Virus record (IMG/VR): IMGVR_UViG_3300027977_000007 | DNA from: a virus | Length of the DNA: 64,000 bases | Strand: one strand, 5' to 3' | Shown here: piece after piece, positions 30,658 through 40,874 of the stretch | Layout of the letters: each line of letters begins with the position of its first letter | Numbering within the stretch: the stretch's first letter is position 1 | The notes under the pieces: model-generated | Database searches by the model: none | What the model saw: the letters and a program-made list of their open reading frames with translations, nothing else | What the model was told of the DNA's origin: nothing | Program-made: the position numbers and the translations under genes

Positions 30658-33450
30658 TCATTTAGTACCATTAGCTTTAGGTCTTGGTTGTACATTTGGC
30701 ATTGGTAAAAATGGTTTATTTTTTCTACTAGGTGATGGTTTTGTGTTAGGCTCCACCATTGGTTGAACTTTAGGGTCAATAGTTGGCGCAGTCATTGGTT
30801 CAGCATCTTGACCAAATGTTTCTTGTAGCTTCATACGTATATAGTTTTCATTAAAGGTAGTGTTTTTTGTTGAATTTTCCAAATCTTCACCAACAATTTT
30901 AGATACAGGTGTTGAAGACCACATCTTACATGACCAATACTTAGGTGTTGTTCTATCTTTAGCGTCACTGCATTTATGTCTGGCCCTAAATGATTTTCGT
31001 CTTTTTGGGTCGTCTCTTTTTATTTCCATATTAGGGTCACCAAAATTAACTTTAACTACATTACCCTTCTCATTTTTAACATAAACCTTAAATTTCTTAA
31101 CGTCACCTTTCATTGGTTTTCCTAGTGGTTTATCATCATATTTACCTTCATAGAGGTTAGCATCCTCAACTGTACCGTACTCATCTTCATACCCAGCTTC
31201 AGAATCACCATCATAAGCATCTAATGTGTTTGTTAAGAAATGATAAACTTCTTCCATATCGTCATTAGATGTTGCTATGTGGTCTAAAGCCCACCCATGA
31301 CCATCATTTAATAATGCATCTACACTATTATAATCCATCTCTAATAATTCTTTAGATGCGTGTTGAATAGTTTTAAGACTTGACCAAAACATATAATTGT
31401 TTGATTCGTGTTCACCTTCATTAACTACTATACCTTCGATAGCAGCTTCAATAAAATGATATACTTCTTCAACATCATCTTTTGATGTAATAACATGCTC
31501 GACAGCCCATTGATGACCATCAGCAATCAATGCATCAACTTCTTGTTCGTTCATACCCAATATTTCAGTTGCATTATCATAAATTCCTTTTAGATTTTGC
31601 CAGAACATATAGTTGTTAGATTCTTCTTCTTGATTTTGTTGATAAATACTTAATTTGTTTTCATTGGCGGCTTTTTTACCCCATGAATCACCCTTACCTT
31701 TTGTCTTACAAGCACTAGGTGTTGGTCTGCAAGATGGATATTTACTTCTTTCTTCACCATCCTTTCTACCACATGGCTTACATTTTCCGTCTCTACATGT
31801 GTTGCAATCTACCCAACCACTACTACCTTCACCACCTCTTCTAGAAAACCAACCATGTAGACCGCTTTCTTTTTCTTTTGAAAAATCAGTTTTTTTAGCG
31901 GCCTCATCAATTTGTTCGTCCGTCATGTTTTTATAATCACCTAACTTATCTAGGTCTTCTTCTTTAATTCCTTTCCAAATCTTACCTTTTCTACATCTAA
32001 CAACAGCACCCGAATTTCCAGTTATTGTGATAATACCACGACCTTCAGTTTCTTGCATCATAACCCAAGTACCATTTTCTGTTTCTGGACACCAAACATC
32101 TGAAATATTTTCTTTAACTAATTTAAAATTAGATGTGTTTTTAAGGGGTTTATTGCTACTATAATGACATGAATAAATGTCTTTATCTTTAGCTTTTTTC
32201 CAAGTTACTAGACCAGAGTTTAAAAAGGCTGATAACAAAAATGCGTCTCTATGCTCAATATCTTTTTGTTTAAAACCAAAAGATTGTTTACCATGTGGAC
32301 CAGTATATAACCAATTTAATTTATCAATTTTATTTATATTTTCAGTTAGTCTTTCTACTTTTTGTTGATTACCATCATAAACGATAGCACTAAATAACCA
32401 TGCTTGTCTTTGTTCACTAGTTATATCTAAAATATATTTTACCCAATTAGTTCCATATTTAAATATTTCATCTAACTTAACATTATTACCACCATTATAT
32501 GGTGCTGAAACAACCAAACTTTTATTATTCTTATTTGCTAATAAATCACTAGTCTCAATTAAAGCTTTATCATTTATTCTATCATATTTTTGCAATCTAT
32601 TTCCTTTAATATCTGGTAATTTAACAACCCACTTATGATTATCAGTTGCTTCAAATATAAAACCATTATTGCCGCTTCTAACTACATTAGTTTTAACATC
32701 TTTATATCTATGCAAATTTAATATTGGTTTAAATTCCAACTCATCTCTTTCAATATTATATGTCATTATTTCGTCACCTAGATTAAGTTGATTAACATCC
32801 TTCCAACCATCTCTAGTTAAAGCTTTAGATGTGTTTTCTGGAACACAAGCATAGGCCGATGGCCATACATCATACTTACGTTTTGCAATTCTAGTACATC
32901 TATCAGATTCATCTAATATATCATTAGAACCTTCTTGGAACATATTGTTTTTTTTAGGTTTATCTAAAAATAAATTTTCATAAACTGTAAGTTCGTCTAA
33001 TTCTTCTAATTCAGCGTCAACCTTAACATCTAAATCTTCTGGATTCGTTGTATCTGTAGATGGCTCTGTATCTGTGCTACCAGCCTTTTTAACTTTATTT
33101 ATGATATCTTTTTGGTCTTCAGCATCCATCTCTGAAGTGTGTGATGCCGCTATTACAGAATTAATAGCAAATTTTTCTAATGCGAAATCTGGTTGACCTT
33201 GAGCTTCAGTATATTTTCTAAGCGACTGTCCAAGTTTCCCAGTTAGTTGCTCGATATATTTCTTAGGGTCTGTCTCTTCATCGGCCTCAACACCAGCATC
33301 AAATGGCTTATCATCAAATGGCTTATCATTTGCTGGTGCTGGTGCTGCTAATGGCGCTGCTGCTTGCGATGGTGCTGGTGCTGGTGCTGGTGCTGGTGCT
33401 GGCTCAGATGAACCAGCAACCTTTAACTTATATTTTGTTTCTTCAGTTAA
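30658..33450 (-). CDS. Modular putative head protein containing an intein; -1 frame continuation of ORF 33447-34142
   Basis: Frame stays open 107 codons upstream of Met 33129 up to the A11 run (LTEETKYKLKV...PAPAPA...KKYIEQLTGKLGQ); modules WPSAYA^SGA, Cys-rich GWVDC, 2x ESNNYMFW, VNFGDP..RKSFRARH. Confidence 0.75.
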   Translation of the reverse strand, partial: LTEETKYKLKVAGSSEPAPAPAPAPAPSQAAAPLAAPAPANDKPFDDKPFDAGVEADEETDPKKYIEQLTGKLGQSLRKYTEAQGQPDFALEKFAINSVIAASHTSEMDAEDQKDIINKVKKAGSTDTEPSTDTTNPEDLDVKVDAELEELDELTVYENLFLDKPKKNNMFQEGSNDILDESDRCTRIAKRKYDVWPSAYACVPENTSKALTRDGWKDVNQLNLGDEIMTYNIERDELEFKPILNLHRYKDVKTNVVRSGNNGFIFEATDNHKWVVKLPDIKGNRLQKYDRINDKALIETSDLLANKNNKSLVVSAPYNGGNNVKLDEIFKYGTNWVKYILDITSEQRQAWLFSAIVYDGNQQKVERLTENINKIDKLNWLYTGPHGKQSFGFKQKDIEHRDAFLLSAFLNSGLVTWKKAKDKDIYSCHYSSNKPLKNTSNFKLVKENISDVWCPETENGTWVMMQETEGRGIITITGNSGAVVRCRKGKIWKGIKEEDLDKLGDYKNMTDEQIDEAAKKTDFSKEKESGLHGWFSRRGGEGSSGWVDCNTCRDGKCKPCGRKDGEERSKYPSCRPTPSACKTKGKGDSWGKKAANENKLSIYQQNQEEESNNYMFWQNLKGIYDNATEILGMNEQEVDALIADGHQWAVEHVITSKDDVEEVYHFIEAAIEGIVVNEGEHESNNYMFWSSLKTIQHASKELLEMDYNSVDALLNDGHGWALDHIATSNDDMEEVYHFLTNTLDAYDGDSEAGYEDEYGTVEDANLYEGKYDDKPLGKPMKGDVKKFKVYVKNEKGNVVKVNFGDPNMEIKRDDPKRRKSFRARHKCSDAKDRTTPKYWSCKMWSSTPVSKIVGEDLENSTKNTTFNENYIRMKLQETFGQDAEPMTAPTIDPKVQPMVEPNTKPSPSRKNKPFLPMPNVQPRPKANGTK
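32014..32847 (-). mobile_element. Intein, 278 aa (Cys1...Gly-Asn | Ser+1)
   Basis: Block A CVPENTSKALTRDGW, block B ATDNHKW, block F DVWCPET, terminus ITGN/S; removal restores WPSAYASGAVVRCRK. Confidence 0.88.
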
Positions 33451-34142
33451 TTTTTTTTTTTATTATTAAGAAGATTGTCAATATTTTTTAAAGTGTTTGA
33501 AAAAGTAATTTTAGACTCATTAACATCATCTTTTTGACCATCTCTTAATTTTTCAAAATCATCAGAATCTAATTTACCGTTTTTGTTAACATCAAGCTTT
33601 TTTTGACCACCCTTAAGTTCTTCTCTAGCTATAATTTCATCTACAGCCTTTTCAGCTTCGGTCAATTCATCATCCTCGTCCTCTTCATCCTCATCTTCTG
33701 GCTTAACACCATACTCAACTTCTCTAGATGCTTTTTCATAATCTTCGTCATCTTCCTCAGATATTAGATTATCATTTTCAAATATATTGATGTCACTACT
33801 AACATTATAAGCTTCAGCAAGGCTTTTAAACTTTAAATTTAATTGCTTAATGGCTTTAGCGTAAGAAGGGTAAGCTTCTGATTTTTTATTCATAAGACCA
33901 CCAATGTATTGAAAGTCTTCAGCGAGGATACTTGAAGTCTTAGAAGTAACCTTAATATACCACTCGTGATTCTCACGTATAATAGCATATGACTTACCAT
34001 CTGGACCCATCTTAGTTAACTCTACAACAATATTGCTTGTGTTTTCTTTAATAACAGATTTAACACCCATTAATTGTTTCATACGCTCATTGATAGCATC
34101 ACCCTTAAGACCTACTGGACTAATATTTATGTTTTTCTTCAT
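33447..34142 (-). CDS. Putative head protein with EF-hand-like motif, ending at an A11 slippery run
   Basis: LDVNKNGKLDSDDF; ends AAA AAA AAA AAT TAA. Confidence 0.7.
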   Translation of the reverse strand: MKKNINISPVGLKGDAINERMKQLMGVKSVIKENTSNIVVELTKMGPDGKSYAIIRENHEWYIKVTSKTSSILAEDFQYIGGLMNKKSEAYPSYAKAIKQLNLKFKSLAEAYNVSSDINIFENDNLISEEDDEDYEKASREVEYGVKPEDEDEEDEDDELTEAEKAVDEIIAREELKGGQKKLDVNKNGKLDSDDFEKLRDGQKDDVNESKITFSNTLKNIDNLLNNKKKN

Positions 34143-34175
34143 TTTAATTTATTGTTTTAAATCTTTTTATTTTAA

Positions 34176-34430
34176 TTAATATATACCACCAATACCAGTG
34201 CTACCGTTAAATACGTTGTTATTATCACCTAATAGGTAACAACCTGTACCACCACTAATTGTATTAACCACAATCTTAATACTACTACCCGCACCAATAC
34301 TAGCAATCGTTCCATTAATCCTAAGATTACAACCAGCAGAACCACCGTATATTTCAGTATACGTATGTGCTGAGAAAATTGGCGCATCCGCAGATACTAT
34401 AATGCTATGTGTATCGTTTATATTTGGCAT
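34176..34430 (-). CDS. Small putative virion protein
   Basis: Gly-rich 84 aa behind late motif 34448. Confidence 0.6.
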   Translation of the reverse strand: MPNINDTHSIIVSADAPIFSAHTYTEIYGGSAGCNLRINGTIASIGAGSSIKIVVNTISGGTGCYLLGDNNNVFNGSTGIGGIY

Positions 34431-34486
34431 ATTATTATCGTTTTCTTATAAATATCTACAAAAATAAAAAAACACCCTAGAGTGTT

Positions 34487-34891
34487 TTATTTATTGGTTA
34501 TTATCTTTAATTCTTTAACTGGATGAATTTCAGCGAGTCCATGCCATTTATCATAAACGTATGGCCCAACCACTTCAATGCTATCGCCAATGCTAGGTAT
34601 TGGTATAAGATTTGTATGGTCCTTGCATATCCTAAAGATAGATTTTTTAGCACAAATTATCTCAACTACCAAACAACCACCTTCTTTTTTTATGTTATTG
34701 GCGAATAATAGTGACGTATCTTGTATCCGTAAATTAATATGGTAATCACCATCAGCTGCACCTGTTACACCCATGACGATACCAGAAATTCGCTTGCTTG
34801 GTTCGATAATTGTTAATCTTTTTGGGTGGTGAACTAATTTATCTTGGTCGCTTACGATAAATAATAATAGAAATGTTATAACTTTAATCAT
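34487..34891 (-). CDS. Hypothetical exported/OB-fold-like protein
   Basis: Hydrophobic N-terminus; DGDYH and EIHPV motifs. Confidence 0.55.
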   Translation of the reverse strand: MIKVITFLLLFIVSDQDKLVHHPKRLTIIEPSKRISGIVMGVTGAADGDYHINLRIQDTSLLFANNIKKEGGCLVVEIICAKKSIFRICKDHTNLIPIPSIGDSIEVVGPYVYDKWHGLAEIHPVKELKIITNK

Positions 34892-34892
34892 A

Positions 34893-36026
34893 TTAGTTTG
34901 ATAATGGGAATTTTATTATTGGGTGTGATTTATAATTATCAAAGGTAAAATCGGCAATTGACATATTTTCATTAAGCACGTTGATATCGGAATGTAGTGG
35001 TCCAATTCCGCATTCAAAAGTCTCGGTTGGCCAGAATTCCGTATTAATGTTTAGGGTTGGTAATTCATATGGTTCTCTAGTAATTTGTTCTTTACAACCT
35101 TCTATTTGATTTAGATAAATATGACAATCACCTAAGTTACCAATTAATTCATCTGGTACCATATTAGCAATCTTGCCAAATAAAGATAATAAAATACCAT
35201 AAGATGCGATATTATACGGAATTCCCAGAGGAACATCACATGAACGTTGATTCCACATTAAAGAGATAGCCCTAGTTGGTATATTAAACCATTTTAAATC
35301 CTCTTCGTATGTGGTATTCAACTCCCATTGAGCGTCCCAATCTTCTAGACTTCTACCATTATGTCTTTTAGCCCATTCATCAAAGCGTTCTTGCATGGTT
35401 AGCTCTCTAGTATATAATTGAAAACCGTAATGGCAAGGAGGTAATATGGCCTTATCAACCTCAGATGGGTTCCAAGCGGTAACCATCATTCTTCTAGAAT
35501 CTGGGTTGGTTAATAAATCATTTATTAAGTTTTGTATTTGGTCAATATCAGAGTTCCAGTTACGCCAACAGTGTCCATATATCTTACCTAATTCGCCCCA
35601 TTTATTTGCAAATTCATTATCCGTTTTGATTTTGTTAATAAATTCATCAATAGTAAATTGGTCACCTACACTATATGACCCAATACCGTTTTTCGAACTT
35701 AATAATTCAGCTTTTCTATCATTTGGGTTGTACGAAAAATCAACATGTTTTTGATAATACTTATAAGCATCTCCGTTCCAGATATTACAATCATTATCTA
35801 CCAAATATTTTATGTTGGTTTGACCCTTAAGGAACCATAATAGCTCAGTAATAATACCTTTGGTATACATTTTTTTTGTGGTAAGTAGTGGAAACCCATC
35901 TGACATTTTATGTCGTATTTGTCTGCCAAAAAGAGATATAGTACCACCGTTTCTTGTTTCTTTTTTGGTACCATTTTCTAGAATGTCTTTTAACAATTCT
36001 TGGTATTGCTTATCTAATTTATTCAT
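34893..36026 (-). CDS. thyA: Thymidylate synthase
   Basis: FPLLTTKK, ELLWFL, DSRRMMVTAWNP, LPPCH, QRSCDVPLGIPYN, GDCHIYLNQ. Confidence 0.97.
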   Translation of the reverse strand: MNKLDKQYQELLKDILENGTKKETRNGGTISLFGRQIRHKMSDGFPLLTTKKMYTKGIITELLWFLKGQTNIKYLVDNDCNIWNGDAYKYYQKHVDFSYNPNDRKAELLSSKNGIGSYSVGDQFTIDEFINKIKTDNEFANKWGELGKIYGHCWRNWNSDIDQIQNLINDLLTNPDSRRMMVTAWNPSEVDKAILPPCHYGFQLYTRELTMQERFDEWAKRHNGRSLEDWDAQWELNTTYEEDLKWFNIPTRAISLMWNQRSCDVPLGIPYNIASYGILLSLFGKIANMVPDELIGNLGDCHIYLNQIEGCKEQITREPYELPTLNINTEFWPTETFECGIGPLHSDINVLNENMSIADFTFDNYKSHPIIKFPLSN

Positions 36027-36160
36027 ATTTAATCGTTAAATTTTCAATATCCTTATTGCTTAAATTACCAATGGGAATTATTAGTCTTTCCTTAAATTTA
36101 TTTTCTAATAGCTTCCAATTAATAATATTGCTATAGCATTGTCTTTAGTAACCTTCATAA

Positions 36161-36622
36161 TTAGTCTTTTGTTGTTGTATCAGTATATTCACCAAGCTTA
36201 ACCTTAAGCCTATCTAAGGTAACCTTATTAAAGTCGCCAGTGGTCAAATACTCACCAATAAGTTGGTTCATGGTGAGAACAAGGGCCTTACCTCTACCAT
36301 CAGTGCTAGCTTTATCTTCAGCAGTCTTAAGATTCTCGATTTGCGTCAATAATTGTTTTAATTTATCAGCTGGTAGATTATCTAGTTTTTCGTAGTTGGT
36401 GTATTTCTTTTTGATATACGTATTAAATACGGAACCACTACTATCGCTAGTTTCCAAGCGAGTATAATCACTTAGCTCAATATTAGGGTACTTATAACGA
36501 CCACCTGTATTAAATATAACCGTTAGGTCTCTAGTCTTGGGGTCAAAGGTTGACCCACAGATGGTTGATGATGAATACATAGCTTTGATTTCACCATTAG
36601 TCTCAATTCTTGTTAATAGCAT
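36161..36622 (-). CDS. KTSC-domain protein
   Basis: SSTI...FD..TRDLTVIFNTGGRYKY...SSGSVFNTYIK. Confidence 0.75.
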   Translation of the reverse strand: MLLTRIETNGEIKAMYSSSTICGSTFDPKTRDLTVIFNTGGRYKYPNIELSDYTRLETSDSSGSVFNTYIKKKYTNYEKLDNLPADKLKQLLTQIENLKTAEDKASTDGRGKALVLTMNQLIGEYLTTGDFNKVTLDRLKVKLGEYTDTTTKD

Positions 36623-36635
36623 TTTTGTTAATTTT

Positions 36636-36835
36636 TTATGTTGTTATGTTATATCGTTCAATATCGTTTAGTTGAATTACTCTAACTTTAACAGTATCTG
36701 TACCGTCAGTTAACGTAATAAACATATGATTAGCGTTTATCTGAACATGACCATTTTCGTAAGTATTTGAATTATAACCAAACCTTGACGAAGTATTCGT
36801 CCAGACAGTCAATGACTTAAAGTTTTCTTTATTCA
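36636..36835 (-). CDS. Hypothetical protein
   Basis: Small ORF behind a TATCTTTG motif at 36851; likely start MNKENF, start coordinate approximate. Confidence 0.55.
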
Positions 36836-36928
36836 TAATTTCTGTTTGCACAAAGATACAAATATTTATTTAAAGAGGCAACACTTGATTGTTTAATTTT
36901 TAATGATTATATTTTTTAAACACACGAC

Positions 36929-39424
36929 ATGAATAGAGAAATTTACCCAAAAGTAAAAGTGATAATTTCAGCAGCCTCAAATGAGGCCAAGATATTTGAT
37001 GATGTTAAGGTTAGACCAGAGCACATAGTATTATCAATCTTAAATGATAACGATAATGAAGGTGCCAATGTAATAAAACAATTAAATATCAGCACAACGG
37101 AATTTTATGACAGATTAAGTGATTATATACGTAAAAAGGACTTAACACCTAGGGTTGGTAGTACTAGAAAAACACTACCCTTATCTGATGAATCTAAGGT
37201 AATAATGAAAGCCTTAGATAAAGAATGTGAAAAACTAAATGATAACGTTATTGATACAACACATATCATGCTAGCAATCTTATTTACAAGCTCACCAGTA
37301 ACGGAGGTATTATTTCAAGTATATGGTGTGGATTATAAAAAATTTAAAGATATTATTAAAGGTATGAGAGAAGAACAAACAAAAAATCAATTTGAAGGTG
37401 AGGACCATGATGATGTTGACCCAATCAGACGTAAACCAAAAACAACGGATTCTAAAAAAACTCCAGTATTAGATAACTTTTGTCGTGATATATCCAAAGC
37501 GGTAGAAAAGGGTGAGATTGACCCAGTTGTTGGGCGTAATGTTGAAATTAAACGCCTATCACAAATCCTGTCTAGAAGAAAAAAAAATAATCCAGTTCTT
37601 ATCGGTGAGCCAGGTGTTGGAAAAACCTCAGTGGTTGAAGGCTTGGCACTATTAATACATAGCGGAAATGCACCAAGACCATTAATTGGAAAACGTATCT
37701 ATACCTTAGATTTAGCTAGCCTTGTTGCTGGTACCAAGTATCGTGGTCAATTTGAAGAGCGTATGAAAGCCGTTCTAGAAGAATGTAAGGCTAATCCAGA
37801 TATTATATTATTCATTGATGAGCTACATACAATTGTTGGTGCTGGTAATGCGTCTGGGTCATTAGATGCAAGCAATATCTTTAAGCCAGCCCTAGCTCGT
37901 GGTGATATTCAAATCATTGGTGCAACAACACTTGATGAATACCGTGAAAATATTGAAAAAGATGGAGCTTTAACTAGACGCTTTCAACAAATTTTAATTG
38001 AAGAACCAACACTAGAAGAAACAAAGATTATCTTAATGAAAATCAAGGAAACATATGAAAAGCATCATAAGGTAACATATACCGAAGAAGCTATTGATGA
38101 ATGTGTTAAATTATCGGCAAGGTATATTATGGACAGGGCAATGCCAGATAAGGCTATTGATGTAATGGATGAAGCTGGTGCAACAACCAACGTAAATATT
38201 GAAAAACCTAAGAATATTAAAGACCTTGAGGCTAAAAAAACAGCGTTATTTGAAAAGAAAAAAGGTGTTGTATTAAAACAAAACTACGAAGAAGCCGCTA
38301 AGATAAGAGATGAAGAAAAAAAGGTTGATGTAGCTTTTCAAGCAGCTATGGACGAATGGAATACTAAATTGGAAAAAAGAACCACGATTGTTGGTGTTGA
38401 AATGATTTCTGAAGTAGTATCGATGATGACAGGTATACCTCTATCAAAAATATCCGTACAAGAGAGCAAAAAATTATTAAATCTAGATAAAGAATTAATG
38501 GGTAAGGTTATAGGTCAAGATGATGCCGTAACCAAGGTCGTAAAGGCAATTAAACGAAATCGTATCGGTATCAAGGATAAAAATAAACCAGTTGGAAGCT
38601 TTATCTTCCTTGGGAAGACTGGGGTGGGTAAAACAATGCTTGCCAAGCTTTTAGCTGAACACGTATATGGTGATGTTGATGCTTTGATACGTATGGATAT
38701 GTCAGAATATATGGAAAAACATTCTGTATCTAGGTTGGTTGGTGCGCCTCCTGGGTATGTCGGATATGAACAAGGTGGTCAATTAACCGAAAAGGTTAGA
38801 AGGAAGCCCCATTGTGTTATATTATTTGATGAAATTGAAAAAGCCCACGAAGATGTCTTTAATATATTATTGCAATTATTGGATGAAGGACAATTAACTG
38901 ATGGTCTTGGTAGAAAAGTTAACTTTAAAAATGCATTAATTATACTAACATCAAACATTGGTGTTAAAGAAGTCAATGCCTTTGGTAAGTCTATTGGGTT
39001 TGAAACTTCATCATCTGTTAGTGATGCAATTAGAGCGCATAATATAATTGAAAAAGAGTTAAAAAAGAAATTTAAGCCAGAGTTTTTAAATAGAATTGAT
39101 GAAGCCATCGTATTTAGAGCCTTAACACAAGAAGATATACATAAGATAATCTACTTGGAATTAGCTAATCTAGAAAAACGTATTAAAGAAATGAACTTTA
39201 ACCTAAAGATAACCGAAGAAGCTGTTAAATTTCTTGGCGTACAGGGTTACGATGAAACATACGGGGCCAGACCTCTAGGCAGGGCCATTCAACACTATGT
39301 TGAGGATGTCATAGCTGATGATATACTTGGCGGTCTAATCAATGAAGGAGATACAATTAACGTTGATTTTGATACAGAAAAAGGTGAAATAGTCATCAAA
39401 GGAATCAAAACAAAAACAAAATAA
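36929..39424 (+). CDS. clpC: ATP-dependent Clp protease ATPase subunit (ClpC-like)
   Basis: Clp-N domain, GEPGVGKT, FIDELH, UVR-like NYEEAAKIRD, GKTGVGKT, GAPPGYVGY, GARPL. Confidence 0.93.
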   Translation: MNREIYPKVKVIISAASNEAKIFDDVKVRPEHIVLSILNDNDNEGANVIKQLNISTTEFYDRLSDYIRKKDLTPRVGSTRKTLPLSDESKVIMKALDKECEKLNDNVIDTTHIMLAILFTSSPVTEVLFQVYGVDYKKFKDIIKGMREEQTKNQFEGEDHDDVDPIRRKPKTTDSKKTPVLDNFCRDISKAVEKGEIDPVVGRNVEIKRLSQILSRRKKNNPVLIGEPGVGKTSVVEGLALLIHSGNAPRPLIGKRIYTLDLASLVAGTKYRGQFEERMKAVLEECKANPDIILFIDELHTIVGAGNASGSLDASNIFKPALARGDIQIIGATTLDEYRENIEKDGALTRRFQQILIEEPTLEETKIILMKIKETYEKHHKVTYTEEAIDECVKLSARYIMDRAMPDKAIDVMDEAGATTNVNIEKPKNIKDLEAKKTALFEKKKGVVLKQNYEEAAKIRDEEKKVDVAFQAAMDEWNTKLEKRTTIVGVEMISEVVSMMTGIPLSKISVQESKKLLNLDKELMGKVIGQDDAVTKVVKAIKRNRIGIKDKNKPVGSFIFLGKTGVGKTMLAKLLAEHVYGDVDALIRMDMSEYMEKHSVSRLVGAPPGYVGYEQGGQLTEKVRRKPHCVILFDEIEKAHEDVFNILLQLLDEGQLTDGLGRKVNFKNALIILTSNIGVKEVNAFGKSIGFETSSSVSDAIRAHNIIEKELKKKFKPEFLNRIDEAIVFRALTQEDIHKIIYLELANLEKRIKEMNFNLKITEEAVKFLGVQGYDETYGARPLGRAIQHYVEDVIADDILGGLINEGDTINVDFDTEKGEIVIKGIKTKTK

Positions 39425-39427
39425 ACT

Positions 39428-39453
39428 AAAGCCCTAATCTTAGGGCTTTTTTT
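39428..39453 (+). terminator. Intrinsic terminator
   Basis: aaagccctaa-tc-ttagggcttt followed by a T-run. Confidence 0.85.
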
Positions 39454-39467
39454 ATATATTTATTATC

Positions 39468-40001
39468 ATGAAATCGATAATTAAAAAACTTCTTAGGGAA
39501 GGCTTAGATAAAACAATAAAATGCAGTCAGTGTAATTGGTCTTGGAAAGAATCTGAGACCGATAAAAAAGACATGTATGTTTGTCACAAGTGTGGGCATG
39601 ATAATTCACCAAAAAAAGAATCGTTAAATGAAACCATCTTAACCAAAGACGAAAAAGATATTAAGGCTATTGCTGATTTTATTAACTTTGCTAAAGATTA
39701 TCTAAAGATTACTGATGATGTCCAAATAAAACTAGCGTTTAAAAGAATACCATCACTAACCACAACAGCCTACTATGATACAAGAGGTGAAATAATGGTC
39801 TACGTTAAAGATAGGGCCATAATCGATGTATGTAGGAGCTTAGCGCACGAACTTGTACATCACAAGCAAAATCTAGATGGTCGCTTAACTAATGTAGCTG
39901 AAGATGGTGCTGATGGTAGTGAAATAGAGAACGAAGCAAATGCTGTTGCTGGAAAATTAATTAGGATTTACGGTAAATTAAACCCAGAACTATATGTCTA
40001 A
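39468..40001 (+). CDS. IKKLLREGL-tagged protein with zinc ribbon and HExxH metallopeptidase-like domain
   Basis: CSQC..CHKC; LAHELVHHKQ...ENEANA. Confidence 0.7.
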   Translation: MKSIIKKLLREGLDKTIKCSQCNWSWKESETDKKDMYVCHKCGHDNSPKKESLNETILTKDEKDIKAIADFINFAKDYLKITDDVQIKLAFKRIPSLTTTAYYDTRGEIMVYVKDRAIIDVCRSLAHELVHHKQNLDGRLTNVAEDGADGSEIENEANAVAGKLIRIYGKLNPELYV

Positions 40002-40869
40002 TGTTAAAATATTATTAAAAGAACATTTATATGTTGTTGATAAAGAAAGTTTATTAACTGAAGAATCATTGTTGTTAATTAAAGACTATGAATATGTTAA
40101 TAATATATTAGGTATTAAATATAATATAAATGAGTCTATTGATACTAATATTAAAATTAAAATAATACAAGAACAGCTTATTGTTGAATCAATATTATCG
40201 TCAATTAATGATTATATTGGACAAGCTTATACCAAAGGTAAAGAAAAAACGTTAGAGGTAATCGATAGTATCAAAGGATTAAAAGATATCGCAAAATTGT
40301 TCAAAGATATTCTTTTAGATTCAAGTCTTATGAATGTCGCTATTAATAAGATAACGCAAGTCTTGACTGATACCATGCAAAGAATCAAACAAACAGCCAA
40401 TAAAATATTAACATCAATAAATATTAATATATCTAATTTTAATGAAAAATTCGAAGCATTAATTAATCACATTGAAAGGGTGACGAAAAACTTGGTTTCA
40501 GATACTGGTTGGAAAGGTTTTATCTCTTGTCTTGGTTTTACAACTTTATTGGTCTATGTTGAAGAAAAATTTTTAAATAATATGCTTCAAAATACCCTAA
40601 AGTTTATTGGTGATAATATTAATATATTAGTAAATATAGCTGATATTTTTAATGGTTTTAAATCGTTAAAATCATTGGTTGGAAACACTCTTGAAATACA
40701 ACCTATATTATCTTGGTTTTCGGAAATAGGTAAAGGTGCTACATTAGGTGTTGGGTTGGTTGCCATTGATGTTATTGGTATCGTCAACAAAGTTTTAACA
40801 CCAATAATTAAATCCGTTGAGTGGGCCAACAAACTTAAAAAACCTACCCAACAAATTAAAACAATATAA
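39994..40869 (+). CDS. Hypothetical protein
   Basis: 291 aa; N-terminal ILLKEHL variant of the tag; hydrophobic segments. Confidence 0.6.
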   Translation: MSNVKILLKEHLYVVDKESLLTEESLLLIKDYEYVNNILGIKYNINESIDTNIKIKIIQEQLIVESILSSINDYIGQAYTKGKEKTLEVIDSIKGLKDIAKLFKDILLDSSLMNVAINKITQVLTDTMQRIKQTANKILTSININISNFNEKFEALINHIERVTKNLVSDTGWKGFISCLGFTTLLVYVEEKFLNNMLQNTLKFIGDNINILVNIADIFNGFKSLKSLVGNTLEIQPILSWFSEIGKGATLGVGLVAIDVIGIVNKVLTPIIKSVEWANKLKKPTQQIKTI

Positions 40870-40874
40870 ACATT

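Noticed and set aside
33303-33491. Plus-strand 62-aa hydrophobic ORF
   Set aside because: Antisense shadow of the Pro/Ala linker in the minus-strand -1 frame.
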